Positions 19,566 to 29,524 of a DNA stretch of 49,846 bases are shown piece after piece. Under the pieces are notes generated by a model, which was given only the letters and a program-made list of their open reading frames with translations, was not told where the DNA came from and made no database searches. The position numbers and the translations under genes are program-made. The stretch's first letter is position 1; each line of letters opens with the position of its first letter. The stretch is from an uncultured Nitrospiraceae bacterium (GTDB taxonomy: Bacteria > Nitrospirota > UBA9217). The stretch covers positions 1 to 49,846 of the forward strand of contig CAZYEF010000002.1 of assembly GCA_964646375.1 (NCBI GenBank). Direction: 5' to 3'.

Positions 19566-20606
19566 TTATTCGCTCAGTTCACTTGACGGCCTTCCGAGAT
19601 GATAATCCAGCGTCTTCCTGAGGGCGGTTTTAAAATCGGTGGTCGGTTTCCAGTCGAGATACTTTTCGGCATTTTTAATGGAGGGAACGCGGGTCTGGAT
19701 GTCCTGGTACCCTTCACCATAGTAATCCTTGGACTGCACGTTGACGATCCTGACGCTTTCCGCGAGTTTTGCGTAGTTGGGATACGTTTTGATGAGCGCG
19801 ATGAGCGCCTCTGCTAGCTCACGGATCGACATGTCGTTTGCCGGATTGCCGATGTTGAAAATGCGTCCGTCAGCGGCATTATCCTTGTTCTCGATGATGC
19901 GGATCAGTGCGTCAATGCCGTCGTCTATGTATGTGAAACTCCTGCGCTGTGCGCCGCCATCGACCAGCAGGATGTCCTTGCCGCGCAGTGTATTGCCGAT
20001 GAACTGTGTAAGCACGCGTGAACTGCCTTCTTTTGGTTCGAGAATATTGTCAAGTTTTGGACCGATCCAGTTAAACGGACGAAAAAGCGTGTACCGCAGG
20101 CCTTCCTTCATGGCATAGGCGTGAATGACCCGGTCCAGCAGCTGCTTGGAGCAGGAATATATCCAGCGGGGCTTGTTGATCGGGCCGAGTATCAGACTTG
20201 ATGTTTCCTCGTTAAACTCCCTGTCGGTGCACATGCCGTACACTTCCGACGTGGAGGGGAAAATCACCCGCTTTTTGTACTGCACGCATTTGCGTACAAT
20301 AGCGAGATTGGCCTCAAAATCTAGTTCAAACACCCGCAACGGATCCAGCACATACGTCGCCGGCGTGGCAATGGCAACGAGAGGAATGACAATATCACAC
20401 TTCCGGACATGATACTCAATCCATTCTTTATTGATGGTGATGTCGCCCTCAACAAAGTGAAACCGTTCATGACCCAGGCATTGCTCGAGTTTGTCACAGG
20501 ACATATCCATGCCGTATACTTCCCAATCCTTGTGCTTTAAGATATATTCCGTGAGGCTGTTTCCGATAAAACCATTTACTCCGAGAATCAAAATCTTGAG
20601 GGCCAT
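19566..20606 (-). CDS. arnA: UDP-glucuronate oxidative decarboxylase, equivalent to the C-terminal domain of ArnA and encoded as a separate gene
   Basis: [19 protein letters not shown]...[31 protein letters not shown]...[11 protein letters not shown]...[12 protein letters not shown] closely follows E. coli ArnA residues ~317-440. ATG at 20606 follows GGAG. The upstream 77 codons of the 423-aa ORF overlap the previous gene. Confidence 0.9.
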   Translation of the reverse strand: MALKILILGVNGFIGNSLTEYILKHKDWEVYGMDMSCDKLEQCLGHERFHFVEGDITINKEWIEYHVRKCDIVIPLVAIATPATYVLDPLRVFELDFEANLAIVRKCVQYKKRVIFPSTSEVYGMCTDREFNEETSSLILGPINKPRWIYSCSKQLLDRVIHAYAMKEGLRYTLFRPFNWIGPKLDNILEPKEGSSRVLTQFIGNTLRGKDILLVDGGAQRRSFTYIDDGIDALIRIIENKDNAADGRIFNIGNPANDMSIRELAEALIALIKTYPNYAKLAESVRIVNVQSKDYYGEGYQDIQTRVPSIKNAEKYLDWKPTTDFKTALRKTLDYHLGRPSSELSE

Positions 20607-20638
20607 AATAGTCTCCGTTCTGATAAATGTCTTCCTGA

Positions 20639-21574
20639 CTAAATTTTCTGGTTTCCCAGCAGTTGTTTTTTCAGCAAATTGTGTGCTCCGGCCGCGGCAT
20701 CCTGTTCTTCCGATCCTTCCCACTGCATCGTCAGAATTTCGAGGCACCCGATTCCGGTGGCCACGCGAAGGGGCTTTTCGGACAGGACTTCTCCCGGTGT
20801 ACCGCTGAAATCCGGATCTTTGCACGGTCGCGCCCACCAGATAAAGAGCCGTCTACCATCCTTCTCGGTGAATGCCCCCGGATAGGGATGGGTGACCGCG
20901 CGGATGAGATTATATATCTTTTCAGCGCTCTGTGTCCAGTCAATCCTGCCGTCCTCCGGTTTTCTTCCGCCGAAGTAGGTTGCCTGCGATTCGTCCTGTT
21001 TTTGACGGGCCGCTGTGCCTTTCAGCAACGCATCGATCTGGCGTCCGAGGACGGTGCGGGCGGCCCTGACCACTTTTTGAAATACAGCCTGTGCGGTGTC
21101 ATCGTGCAAAATCGGCACTGCCAGCTGATCCACAATATCTCCAGCGTCGGCCCGTTTCACCATGTAGTGAAGGGTCACTCCGCTCTCTGTTTCACCGTGC
21201 AAAACGGCCCAGTTGATCGGCACCCGCCCCCGGTATTTTGGCAGGAGGGAACCGTGCATGTTAAAGGCGCCGAGAGGCGGAATGGTTAAGACCTCTTCCT
21301 TGATCATGTTGCGGTAGTAGAAGGAAAATATCAACCGTGGCGCCCAGGCGCGAATGCGGTCGATCCATTCGGGAGTGTTTATGGATTGAGGAGTAAACAC
21401 GGGGACATTATTTCGGGTGGCGAGCTCCTTCACTGACTTGAACCATATCTGTTCATGCGGGTTGTCTTCATGAGTGATGACGGCAACGATGTTCTCGCGG
21501 CGTTCCAGCAGGAGGCTCAGGCATTCATATCCTACATCATGGTAGGCAAAAACGAGTATGGCGGGTTTATTCAT
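20639..21574 (-). CDS. arnA: UDP-L-Ara4N formyltransferase, equivalent to the N-terminal domain of ArnA and encoded as a separate gene
   Basis: [12 protein letters not shown]..., [56 protein letters not shown] parallels the E. coli ArnA N-domain. ATG at 21574 follows GAGAGGA (the longest ORF starts at 21586). Confidence 0.9.
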   Translation of the reverse strand: MNKPAILVFAYHDVGYECLSLLLERRENIVAVITHEDNPHEQIWFKSVKELATRNNVPVFTPQSINTPEWIDRIRAWAPRLIFSFYYRNMIKEEVLTIPPLGAFNMHGSLLPKYRGRVPINWAVLHGETESGVTLHYMVKRADAGDIVDQLAVPILHDDTAQAVFQKVVRAARTVLGRQIDALLKGTAARQKQDESQATYFGGRKPEDGRIDWTQSAEKIYNLIRAVTHPYPGAFTEKDGRRLFIWWARPCKDPDFSGTPGEVLSEKPLRVATGIGCLEILTMQWEGSEEQDAAAGAHNLLKKQLLGNQKI

Positions 21575-22508
21575 CGGTCCTCTCATATACTTTTCGGATT
21601 ACGAACCGGGGGCGTCTGCGCACTTCCTTGTGGATGCGGCCGACATATTCACCGATAATGCCGAGCCCCATGATGCCGATGCCCACGAGGAAATAGAGGA
21701 TTGCGAACAAGGTAAAAACGCCTTCCGCTTCGGGACCGACCAGCAACCGGCGGATGAACAGATATATCACAAACAGGATGGAGAGCGCGGACACGGCTAT
21801 GCCGATCAGGGTGAAAATCTGGAGCGGGACCACTGAAAAGCCCGTCATGAGATCAAAGTTGAGACGGATCAGGTCGTAAAGCCGGTATTTTGATTCCCCT
21901 GCCGCCCGGGCCGCGTGTTCCACTTCCACCTCGGTGGGATTCGATGCGAAACTGTGCGCCAGGGCGGGGATGAAAGTCGAGGCTTCTTCGCTTGCAACAA
22001 TATTTTCGATGATATTTTTTCGGTATGCCCGGAGCATGCATCCCTGATCGCGCATGCGGATGTTGGTGATTTTTGCGCGGATGCCGTTGATAACACGCGA
22101 GGCATATTTTCTAAAGAAGGTGTCCTGGCGGTTTTTGCGGTATCCGCCGACCACGTCGTGGCCAGCTTCCATGACGGCAACCAATTTGGGAATTTCTTCC
22201 GGAGGATTCTGAAGGTCGGCGTCAAGGGTTATGATGATCTCGCCGCGCACCCGTTCGAACGCGGCCATAATCGCCATATGCTGGCCAAAATTGCCGTTAA
22301 AATCGATAACACGCACCTGCTTCGGCCGGCGGTCATGAAATTCTTTCAGCATGACACCGGAACGATCGCGGCTCCCGTCGTTGGTGAATATGATTTCAAA
22401 GGATTTTCCGAGTTTGTCCATTACTCCCGTCAGACGCGCAAAAAGAGTTTCAAGATTTTCCTGCTCATTATAGACGGGTATAACAATGCTGATATATGGT
22501 TTGCTCAT
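21567..22508 (-). CDS. arnC: Undecaprenyl-phosphate 4-deoxy-4-formamido-L-arabinose transferase (GT2)
   Basis: ISIVIPVYNEQENL..., FTNDGSRD, ITLDADLQNPPEEIP, and two C-terminal TM helices. Confidence 0.9.
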   Translation of the reverse strand: MSKPYISIVIPVYNEQENLETLFARLTGVMDKLGKSFEIIFTNDGSRDRSGVMLKEFHDRRPKQVRVIDFNGNFGQHMAIMAAFERVRGEIIITLDADLQNPPEEIPKLVAVMEAGHDVVGGYRKNRQDTFFRKYASRVINGIRAKITNIRMRDQGCMLRAYRKNIIENIVASEEASTFIPALAHSFASNPTEVEVEHAARAAGESKYRLYDLIRLNFDLMTGFSVVPLQIFTLIGIAVSALSILFVIYLFIRRLLVGPEAEGVFTLFAILYFLVGIGIMGLGIIGEYVGRIHKEVRRRPRFVIRKVYERTDE

Positions 22509-23680
22509 GCGGGTTTCCTCCCGAAGAGATCGGCCATGGCTTCGACCACCCGGTCCTGATCTGCGTCAGTCAAGGCCGGGAACAGCGGAAGGCTTACGAT
22601 GCGGTCAGAGATGGTTTCGGCGTGCGGGAAATCTCCGCGCTTAAAGCCGAATTGTTCTCGATAGTACGGATATAAATGCACGGCGCGGTAGTGCAGGCCG
22701 GTGCCTATATTGCGGTCTTTCATGCCTTGCATGAAGGCATCGCGGTCCATGCCCGCCGCCTGGGGATTGATAAGCGGCGTATAGAGGTGCCAGGCATGGA
22801 GGTGTGCAAAAGCAGGCGAGGACGTCAGCGTCCATTGCTGCCAGTCCGCAAGCAGGGAGTGGTATCTTCGCGCAAGTTCCGTCCGCCGTTTGATGAATCC
22901 GTCAAGTTGTTTCAACTGATGAAGCCCGATGGCCGCCTGGATGTCCATCATATTGTATTTGTACCCAGGCGAGATTATTTCATAATGCTGGCTGCCTTTC
23001 TTCCCGAAGCGGTTCCATGCTTCGCGGTCCATGCCGTGAAAGCGCAGAAGGGCTATGTCGGCGGCCAGTTTCTCATCACGCGTGGCAACGCAGCCGCCTT
23101 CGCCGGTCGTCATGTTTTTGTTGGGATGGAAACTGAAGACCTGGACATCGCCGAAGCTTCCAATGCGTTTGCCTTTGTATTCCGTGCCTATGGCGTGCGC
23201 CGCATCTTCAATAACCCGAAGGTTGTATTTTTGCGCGATATCGTACAGCGGATCAAGATCCACCGGCAAACCGGCAAAATGCACGGGCATGATGGCGCGG
23301 GTGCGTTTGGTGACCGCCTGTTCTATTTTTTTCACATCCATATTGTACGTGCCAGGCTCAACGTCCACGAGGACCGGTTTGCCTCCGGCAAGGACGATCG
23401 TGTTGAGGGTGGCCGCGAATGTCATGGGCGTTGTAATCACTTCATCGCCCGGGTTCAGCTGGAGCGCCACGAGTACCAGATGCAAGCCCGCGGTTGCCGA
23501 GGTAAGGGCAAGGACATGCGGTGCCCCGAGATAGGTTCTCAGATCATCCTCGAACTGTTTGACGCGCGGTCCCGTGGTGATCCATCCTGATTTCAGGCAG
23601 GCCACGACTTCATCAATGGCGGACTGGCTGATGGACGGACGCGAGAATGGCAGAAATTCTTCGTTTTGGCGGGTTGACAT
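22505..23680 (-). CDS. arnB: UDP-4-amino-4-deoxy-L-arabinose--oxoglutarate aminotransferase (DegT/DnrJ/EryC1 family)
   Basis: FLPFSRPSISQSAIDEVVACLKSGWITTGPRV..., SATAGLHL, SFHPNKNMTTGEGG (PLP lysine region). Confidence 0.92.
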   Translation of the reverse strand: MSTRQNEEFLPFSRPSISQSAIDEVVACLKSGWITTGPRVKQFEDDLRTYLGAPHVLALTSATAGLHLVLVALQLNPGDEVITTPMTFAATLNTIVLAGGKPVLVDVEPGTYNMDVKKIEQAVTKRTRAIMPVHFAGLPVDLDPLYDIAQKYNLRVIEDAAHAIGTEYKGKRIGSFGDVQVFSFHPNKNMTTGEGGCVATRDEKLAADIALLRFHGMDREAWNRFGKKGSQHYEIISPGYKYNMMDIQAAIGLHQLKQLDGFIKRRTELARRYHSLLADWQQWTLTSSPAFAHLHAWHLYTPLINPQAAGMDRDAFMQGMKDRNIGTGLHYRAVHLYPYYREQFGFKRGDFPHAETISDRIVSLPLFPALTDADQDRVVEAMADLFGRKPA

Positions 23681-23722
23681 GGAATCCTCACTCGGTATTA
23701 ATAGTGCTGGTTTTTAGAACAA

Positions 23723-24088
23723 TCAGCTCTTGGTAACAAAATACACACCAACGCAAATAATCAATATCCCCATGATGCGCACCAGGGAAAGGTTTTCCTG
23801 GAAAAGATAGTATCCTGCGACGGCATTGACGATATACCCTACGCTCAAGAGGGGATAGGCGTAGCTCACCTCCACCCGGGAGAGGACCATCAGCCAGACC
23901 GCGACACTGATGACATAGCAGACCAGGCCCGCGAGGACGAATATGTTCCCGGCCGCCTGCAGTCCGATGGGGATGGCATTCGTCCAGGTGAATTCGAAAT
24001 AGCCGATTCTGCGCATTCCTTCCTTGAGGAAAAGCTGGGCCGCGGCGTTGAGCAGCACGCCAAGCATAATTAAGGGAAGGTATATCAT
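23723..24088 (-). CDS. Small four-TM EamA/SMR-like protein (ArnE/ArnF-type undecaprenyl-phosphate-L-Ara4N flippase subunit candidate)
   Basis: The 121-aa product is hydrophobic with 4 predicted helices. It overlaps the arnT stop by 4 nt and lies inside the arn operon. Confidence 0.7.
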   Translation of the reverse strand: MIYLPLIMLGVLLNAAAQLFLKEGMRRIGYFEFTWTNAIPIGLQAAGNIFVLAGLVCYVISVAVWLMVLSRVEVSYAYPLLSVGYIVNAVAGYYLFQENLSLVRIMGILIICVGVYFVTKS

Positions 24089-25788
24089 GGACTGACCTCT
24101 TTCATGTCGGTATTGGAAAGGATGATATGTCTGGCGTTCTGCGCAACAGGAAAGAGTTTCAGGTCCGGATTAGCGCGCAGGGTGTTGTATGTTTCAAGTT
24201 TGGTCACCATGTACATGGTTGAGGAGCCATGCCAGCGCTTCCAGAACGTTGCGGTGTCGATCATCCATTGGCTGGTATTTTCCACCTCGGTGCCGAATTC
24301 AAGCTCGCCCTTCCAGTCCACAACGGTGATGCGCCGTTCCAGATATACCGGCAGATCCTGATAATAGGTATGGTAGCTTGCCACTTCATCACCCGGTTTT
24401 ATTTTTGCTTTGAGCACGAGTGCAATGTTTTTTATGGATTTTGTGTCCACAAGCGGTGAGGCCGCATTTGCTTCAATCAGGAAGAGCGCAGACGCTGCGG
24501 TCAGAACAATGAAGGCGTGCCGGAAACCGCGGTACTTTGCCAGAGCCCACGATGCTGCGGTACCAGCGACAACGGTCACTGCGATGAGGATTCGCCAGAG
24601 ACCCAGCATCCGGATATCACCCGCGTCAGCGGAGAGAATCGGCCTGAAATAAGGCAGAAGAATCAACACTGCAGCCAGCACAATCGCGACAATAACGAGA
24701 GCGAGGTAGCCTGCCCGAATGCCCGGAAAATCACTGCTGTTCCACGCCGCGGCGTGATAGCGTCCGATCAAGATGGCGAGGGGTGGAAATACCGGTAAAA
24801 TATACGGGATCAGCTTTGAATCGGAGATTGAGAAAAAAACAAAAACCAGACCGGCCCAGAGCAGAAGAAAGAGGGCGTCCCGGTGTTCATGCCGTTCCTT
24901 CCAGGAGGAAGGCAGGCTGTGCTTGATCGATTGCACAAGGAAGGCACTCCACGGAAACAGACCCAGGAGAAGAATCGGGACGAAGAACCAGACGGGCTGA
25001 TACCGTCCATGCACCTTGGTCAGGTACCGAATAAAATGTTCATGGATAAAATAAAAGTTGAAAAATTCAGGGTTCGCAATGCCAACCATGATATGCCATG
25101 GCGCTGCGACAAGAAGGAACAAGGCAAGACCGGTCGGCAGATAGATGGTTTTCAAGAGACGCCATTCGCCGAGGAGCAGTATCCACGTGCCGATTACCAT
25201 GCCCGGTATCAGAATGCCGATCAGCCCCTTGGTCAGAACTGCAAGCGCGGAGAAGGCATAAAAACACCAGAAGTAGAGCCGCCGCTTTGTTCCGGCCGGT
25301 TCGTGTGTTCCGATGAGAAAAGAGAGAAGTGCGGCAGTCAGCAGGATCGAAACCGTGAGATCCAGAATAATTGCCCGGCTCAGCGTATAGTATAAAAGGC
25401 TTGTGGCGAGTATCGCTCCGGCAAGAACTCCGGTCATGCAGTCGAAAAGCCGTGCACCGGCGATGGCGACGGCAAGGCATCCGAGGAGGGCCATTATCGC
25501 AGGCCAGAGGCGGAGCGTGAATTCGTGAAGACCGAACAGTTTTATGGAAAAAGCTTCAAGCCAGTAAAACAACACCGGTTTTTCAAAATATTTTACGTGA
25601 TTCAGGCGAGGGGTGAGATAGTCACCGGAAACAACCATTTCCCGTGGGATTTCCACATACCGTCCTTCATCCGGCACGGAGAGGGGCCGGTTGCCCAGCA
25701 TGAAGGTAAAGAGCAAAGTGGCCAGTATGGTCAGAAGAATTAGGTCGCGCAAGGGAAGCCGACCTGGTTGTGTGGAGCTTAAGGTCAT
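24085..25788 (-). CDS. arnT: Lipid A 4-amino-4-deoxy-L-arabinose transferase (ArnT/PMT-type glycosyltransferase)
   Basis: It is polytopic, with an N-terminal PDEGRYVEIPREM..GDYLTPRLN...YFEKPVLFYW loop typical of ArnT/GT39-GT83 enzymes, and it sits in arn operon context. Confidence 0.85.
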   Translation of the reverse strand: MTLSSTQPGRLPLRDLILLTILATLLFTFMLGNRPLSVPDEGRYVEIPREMVVSGDYLTPRLNHVKYFEKPVLFYWLEAFSIKLFGLHEFTLRLWPAIMALLGCLAVAIAGARLFDCMTGVLAGAILATSLLYYTLSRAIILDLTVSILLTAALLSFLIGTHEPAGTKRRLYFWCFYAFSALAVLTKGLIGILIPGMVIGTWILLLGEWRLLKTIYLPTGLALFLLVAAPWHIMVGIANPEFFNFYFIHEHFIRYLTKVHGRYQPVWFFVPILLLGLFPWSAFLVQSIKHSLPSSWKERHEHRDALFLLLWAGLVFVFFSISDSKLIPYILPVFPPLAILIGRYHAAAWNSSDFPGIRAGYLALVIVAIVLAAVLILLPYFRPILSADAGDIRMLGLWRILIAVTVVAGTAASWALAKYRGFRHAFIVLTAASALFLIEANAASPLVDTKSIKNIALVLKAKIKPGDEVASYHTYYQDLPVYLERRITVVDWKGELEFGTEVENTSQWMIDTATFWKRWHGSSTMYMVTKLETYNTLRANPDLKLFPVAQNARHIILSNTDMKEVSP

Positions 25789-25894
25789 GAATGTTTTTCA
25801 GTTTTCGTGGAACGCGCCTGCAAGAATTTATGAGGAGTGATCATGTCTGATTTTCAGAGAATGATCGCACCGATAGTGTTTATTTGGAGCATAG

Positions 25895-25923
25895 ATTTTA
25901 CCTTGTGCTGTACGGTTTGTCAA
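25895..25923 (-). promoter_or_regulatory. Sigma70-like promoter for the arn operon
   Basis: On the minus strand: TTGACA (25923-25918), a 17-nt spacer, then TAAAAT (25900-25895). It lies about 107 nt upstream of the arnT ATG. Confidence 0.5.
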
Positions 25924-26051
25924 ATATTTAAATTTTCTGGGAAATTGGAAACTACGCGCAGGGATGATTCCGCCGTACGGCCCGGAACCATCGCGCTGCC
26001 GAGTATGAAAAGCGGGTGAGAAGAAGGAGGATCGGCCGGCACCGAATGGTG

Positions 26052-26744
26052 CTATTCTTTTCCAGGCGAGGAGTCTTTGCGCGGTGCTTCGCACGCCATG
26101 TGTCTGATCACCTTGCCTTTGACCATGTACACGACCATCTCGGCAATGTTTGTTGAGTGGTCCGCTATACGTTCCATGTATTTTGTGATGGCGGTAACGC
26201 GTATCGCCCGAGATATGGTTTGAGGGTCCCTCAGCATGAAGAGAAGAAGTTCATTAAATATCTGCTGGTTCAGATTGTCGACGAAATCGTCAGCGGCGCA
26301 CACCTGCATGGCGAGATCAGCGTCCCTCTTAAGGAAGGCATCGAGGCTGTCTTTGAGCATTTTCTGGGACGCCTCAGCCATGCGCGGCAGGTCAATATAG
26401 GGTTTGAGCGGCGGCTCATCGCACAGTTCCGTCACCCGCTCGCAGATGTCCACGGCCAGATCCCCCACGCGCTCAAGGTCCGTGATGATCTTGATGGCGG
26501 TCGTCACAAAGCGGAGATTGCTGCCGGTTGGCTGCCAGAGCGCGAGAAAACGGATGCATTCCTCCTCGATTTCAACGTCGTAGGTATTGATGATGGAATC
26601 TCCGTCGATTACCCGCCGTGCGAGGTCCCGATCGCGGTCCACCAGCGCCTTGATGGATTTTTTGATTGCATCCTCAACGGCAGCTCCCATTTTCAGTATT
26701 TTTTCCTTGAGCTTGGTGAGGTCCTGCTCTTTTTGTGTGGACAT
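26052..26744 (-). CDS. phoU: Phosphate signalling complex protein PhoU
   Basis: It has two PhoU repeats with the E(D)xxxD motifs (EEECIRFLAL..., ITDLERVGD; AITKYMERIADH). ATG at 26744 follows AAGGAG. The longer 279-aa ORF overlaps pstB. Confidence 0.9.
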   Translation of the reverse strand: MSTQKEQDLTKLKEKILKMGAAVEDAIKKSIKALVDRDRDLARRVIDGDSIINTYDVEIEEECIRFLALWQPTGSNLRFVTTAIKIITDLERVGDLAVDICERVTELCDEPPLKPYIDLPRMAEASQKMLKDSLDAFLKRDADLAMQVCAADDFVDNLNQQIFNELLLFMLRDPQTISRAIRVTAITKYMERIADHSTNIAEMVVYMVKGKVIRHMACEAPRKDSSPGKE

Positions 26745-26808
26745 ATGGTTCTCCTTCATTGATTCCGGCTGGAAACAGGCGTCACGCGTCCCGGTTTTTT
26801 CTCCGCAA

Positions 26809-27573
26809 TCATCCAAACCTTCCGGTAATGTAGTCGTCAGTCTGTTTTTTATCGGGGTTCGTGAATATTTTTTCGGTGGTTCCGTATTCAATAAGTTCCC
26901 CCATGTAGAGAAATCCCGTCATGTCGGAAACCCGGGCCGCCTGCTGCATGTTGTGCGTCACAATAATGATCGAAACGTCCTTTTTGAGGGTCACGACGAG
27001 TTCTTCTATCTTTGCTGTTGAGATAGGGTCCAGTGCCGACGTCGGTTCATCAAAGAGCAGAACCTCCGGTTCAACGGCAAGGGCACGCGCGATCACCAGC
27101 CGCTGCTGCTGTCCTCCCGAGAGCTCATAGGCGCTTGCATTCATTTTGTCACGGACCTCATTCCAGAGAACGGCGTTTTTAAGAGCTTGTTCGATCCGTC
27201 CGGTAAGCTCCCCTTTGTTTTTGATGCCCTTCAGTTTAAGACCGTAAGCAATATTATCGGCGATGGACATGGGGAACGGCGTGGGTTTCTGAAAGACCAT
27301 GCCGATTCTGCTTCGGAGACTGATGAGATCGACATCACCTGACAGGATATTGTTTCCCTGAAACAGGATTTCTCCTTCATACCGGTGGTTGGGGTAGAGG
27401 TCGTGCATCCGGTTGAAACACCGGAGAAGTGTTGTTTTTCCGCACCCTGACGGGCCGATAAGCGCGGTGACATTGTTTTTGTAAATCGGCAGTGAAATAT
27501 TCTGAAGCGCACGGACGTCTATACTGTAGTAGAAATCCAGCTTCCTGACCTCGATTTCTATGGTCGAGTTCAC
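26809..27573 (-). CDS. pstB: Phosphate ABC transporter ATP-binding protein PstB
   Basis: Walker A is GPSGCGKTT, the signature is LSGGQQQRL, Walker B is [14 protein letters not shown] at 27573 follows GGAGG and overlaps the pstA stop by 1 nt. Confidence 0.95.
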   Translation of the reverse strand: MNSTIEIEVRKLDFYYSIDVRALQNISLPIYKNNVTALIGPSGCGKTTLLRCFNRMHDLYPNHRYEGEILFQGNNILSGDVDLISLRSRIGMVFQKPTPFPMSIADNIAYGLKLKGIKNKGELTGRIEQALKNAVLWNEVRDKMNASAYELSGGQQQRLVIARALAVEPEVLLFDEPTSALDPISTAKIEELVVTLKKDVSIIIVTHNMQQAARVSDMTGFLYMGELIEYGTTEKIFTNPDKKQTDDYITGRFG

Positions 27574-28412
27574 TATTTGTACCTCCACTTGAGAAGAAGT
27601 CTGCCAAGGATCGTCACCACAAGAATGAAAAGGGTAATGACGAATGAGGCGGCCCATGCCTGTTTATGCCAGTCATCGTAGGGCCCCATGGCAAACTGGA
27701 AAATGGTAACCGTCAGCGATGCAATCGGGCGGTTCATGTCCAGGGAAAAGAAATTGTTATTAAATGAGGTAAAGAGCAACGGCGCCGTTTCACCGGCCAC
27801 CCGGGCAATGGAGAGCAATATGCCGGTCAGAATTCCTGTGGCCGCCCCCCGGTAGACAACCTGGATAATCACCTTGTAGTACGGTGCTCCCAGGGCGAAT
27901 GCGGCTTCCCGCAGGGTCCAGGGAACCATGGACAGCATGTCTTCCGTGGTTCTCAGGACCACCGGAATCATGATTACGGCAAGGGCTACCGCACCGGCCC
28001 ATCCGCTGAAATGCCCCAGCGATCTTACGAGCAATGCATAAATGAATGTGCCGACGACAATGGAAGGAACGCTTACGATAATATCCGCCAGTACGCTGAT
28101 GGTGCGGGCGTAGCGGGTCCGTTTTGCATATTCCGCGAGAAAGGTCCCTCCCAGGACGCCGAGCGGCACGCCGATCAGTGTTGCGAATACCGTGATCAAG
28201 AGCTGGCCGACGAAGGCATGTCTGAGGCCACCGCCTGTTTCACCGGGAGGAACGGGGTCGTGGATAAAAAGGCTGATATTGAGCGACCCGATGCCGTTTA
28301 TGATGACATCGCCCAGGATAAAAATGAGCCAGAACAAGCCGGTTATCGCCGCCAGTGAACTGAGTGCGAGGGCTATAAAGCCTTCTAGTTTGCGTTTTTT
28401 TTCTATGTCCAT
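27573..28412 (-). CDS. pstA: Phosphate ABC transporter permease PstA
   Basis: It is a six-TM permease with the EAA-like loop [11 protein letters not shown] and follows pstC. Confidence 0.9.
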   Translation of the reverse strand: MDIEKKRKLEGFIALALSSLAAITGLFWLIFILGDVIINGIGSLNISLFIHDPVPPGETGGGLRHAFVGQLLITVFATLIGVPLGVLGGTFLAEYAKRTRYARTISVLADIIVSVPSIVVGTFIYALLVRSLGHFSGWAGAVALAVIMIPVVLRTTEDMLSMVPWTLREAAFALGAPYYKVIIQVVYRGAATGILTGILLSIARVAGETAPLLFTSFNNNFFSLDMNRPIASLTVTIFQFAMGPYDDWHKQAWAASFVITLFILVVTILGRLLLKWRYK

Positions 28413-28453
28413 AGCGTTCGAAAAAAAAGAATGCCCGATTCTGCCCGGCGTGT

Positions 28454-29395
28454 CTATCTTGAGTATTTCTTTTCCGCCTTGATCAGGAACAGTTTCGCTA
28501 TTGCCAGTGTGATAAAACTCAGTAAAAACAGCACCAGCGCAAGATAAAAAAGGGCTGATAGATAGATATCATTGTCTGCTTCCGTAAATTCATTTGCCAG
28601 GGTGACGGTAATGGTCGCAGCCGCATCGAAAAATGATGTGGCGATTTTATGGTTGTTGCCGAGAACGAAAGCCACGGCCATGGTCTCACCAAGCGCCCTG
28701 CCGAGAGAGAGCACCACCCCGCCGAACACGCCCAATTTGGAGTAGGGGAGTACGATGTTTTTTACCACTTCCCATTGGGTTGCGCCTACGGCATAGGCGG
28801 ATTCCTTTACCACCGATGGTGTGAGATTGAATGAATCTCTGGCAATGCTGGCGGTGAATGGTATGATCATGATGCTCAGGATGACGCTTGCGGTCAGGAT
28901 GTCAATGCCGAGTGGAGTGCCGCGGAACAGTATCTCGAGTACAGGAACCCGTCCGATGGTGTTTTGGAGTGCTGGTTCTATATATTTGCTCATGATCGGT
29001 GCCAGCGTGAAAAGACCCCACATGCCGTAAATAATGCTTGGAATAGCGGCGAGCAGCTCGATTGCGATGCCGATGGGGCCTTTCAGGACATTTGGTGCAA
29101 TTTCCGTAACGAAGATTGCAATGCCGATCGCGGTGGGTACCGCAATGAGGAGCGAAAGTGCCGTCGTGATGAAGGTGCCATAAATATTCGTGGCCGCGCC
29201 GAAACTTTCCTTGACGGGGTTCCAGTCAGTGGATGTCAAAAAATTTATAATGCCGAATTTTTTTATGGCCGGAGATGATTCTTGAATCAGTATCCAGAAA
29301 ATACCGAGTATGATTAAAACTACCGAAAGCGATGCAACGGCAGTAATAACTGAGAATGCAAAGTCCCAGGGATTTTTTTTAGGTATAATTGCCAA
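28454..29395 (-). CDS. pstC: Phosphate ABC transporter permease PstC
   Basis: It is polytopic with the EAA-like loop VKESAYAVGATQWE and lies between pstS and pstA. Confidence 0.9.
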   Translation of the reverse strand: MAIIPKKNPWDFAFSVITAVASLSVVLIILGIFWILIQESSPAIKKFGIINFLTSTDWNPVKESFGAATNIYGTFITTALSLLIAVPTAIGIAIFVTEIAPNVLKGPIGIAIELLAAIPSIIYGMWGLFTLAPIMSKYIEPALQNTIGRVPVLEILFRGTPLGIDILTASVILSIMIIPFTASIARDSFNLTPSVVKESAYAVGATQWEVVKNIVLPYSKLGVFGGVVLSLGRALGETMAVAFVLGNNHKIATSFFDAAATITVTLANEFTEADNDIYLSALFYLALVLFLLSFITLAIAKLFLIKAEKKYSR

Positions 29396-29524
29396 TGAAC
29401 CTGACTCCTGTAAAAAAAGTCTGCAACTTAAGGGCCTGTCTGATAAGTAAAAAAAGGGCCAGATAGTTGATTATAGCTATCTGACCCGAGAGAGTCAAAC
29501 AGGGCTGTATTTGCGCTGCCGGGT

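Noticed and set aside
19566-20837. N-terminal extensions of several ORF-track entries: 423-aa ArnA-decarboxylase ORF, 279-aa PhoU ORF, 456-aa GT21 ORF, 81-aa rubredoxin ORF, 107-aa Hfq ORF, 282-aa PstB ORF
   Set aside because: In each case an internal start codon with a good SD coincides with the expected family N-terminus. The extension overlaps the upstream gene or is Arg/Gly-rich junk. I trimmed the starts to 20606, 26744, 38330, 1037, 7991 and 27573.
18589-23590. Series of long plus-strand ORFs (18589..19392, 20663..21289, 21915..22559, 22676..23590) inside the arn operon
   Set aside because: Each is antisense to an arn gene whose product aligns closely by eye with E. coli ArnD, ArnA, ArnC or ArnB. 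The plus-strand products are Arg/Gly-rich with no motifs.
26039-26053. Short hairpin GCACC-gaat-GGTGC overlapping the phoU stop, considered as a terminator
   Set aside because: The stem is only 5 bp and no U-run follows on the minus strand.
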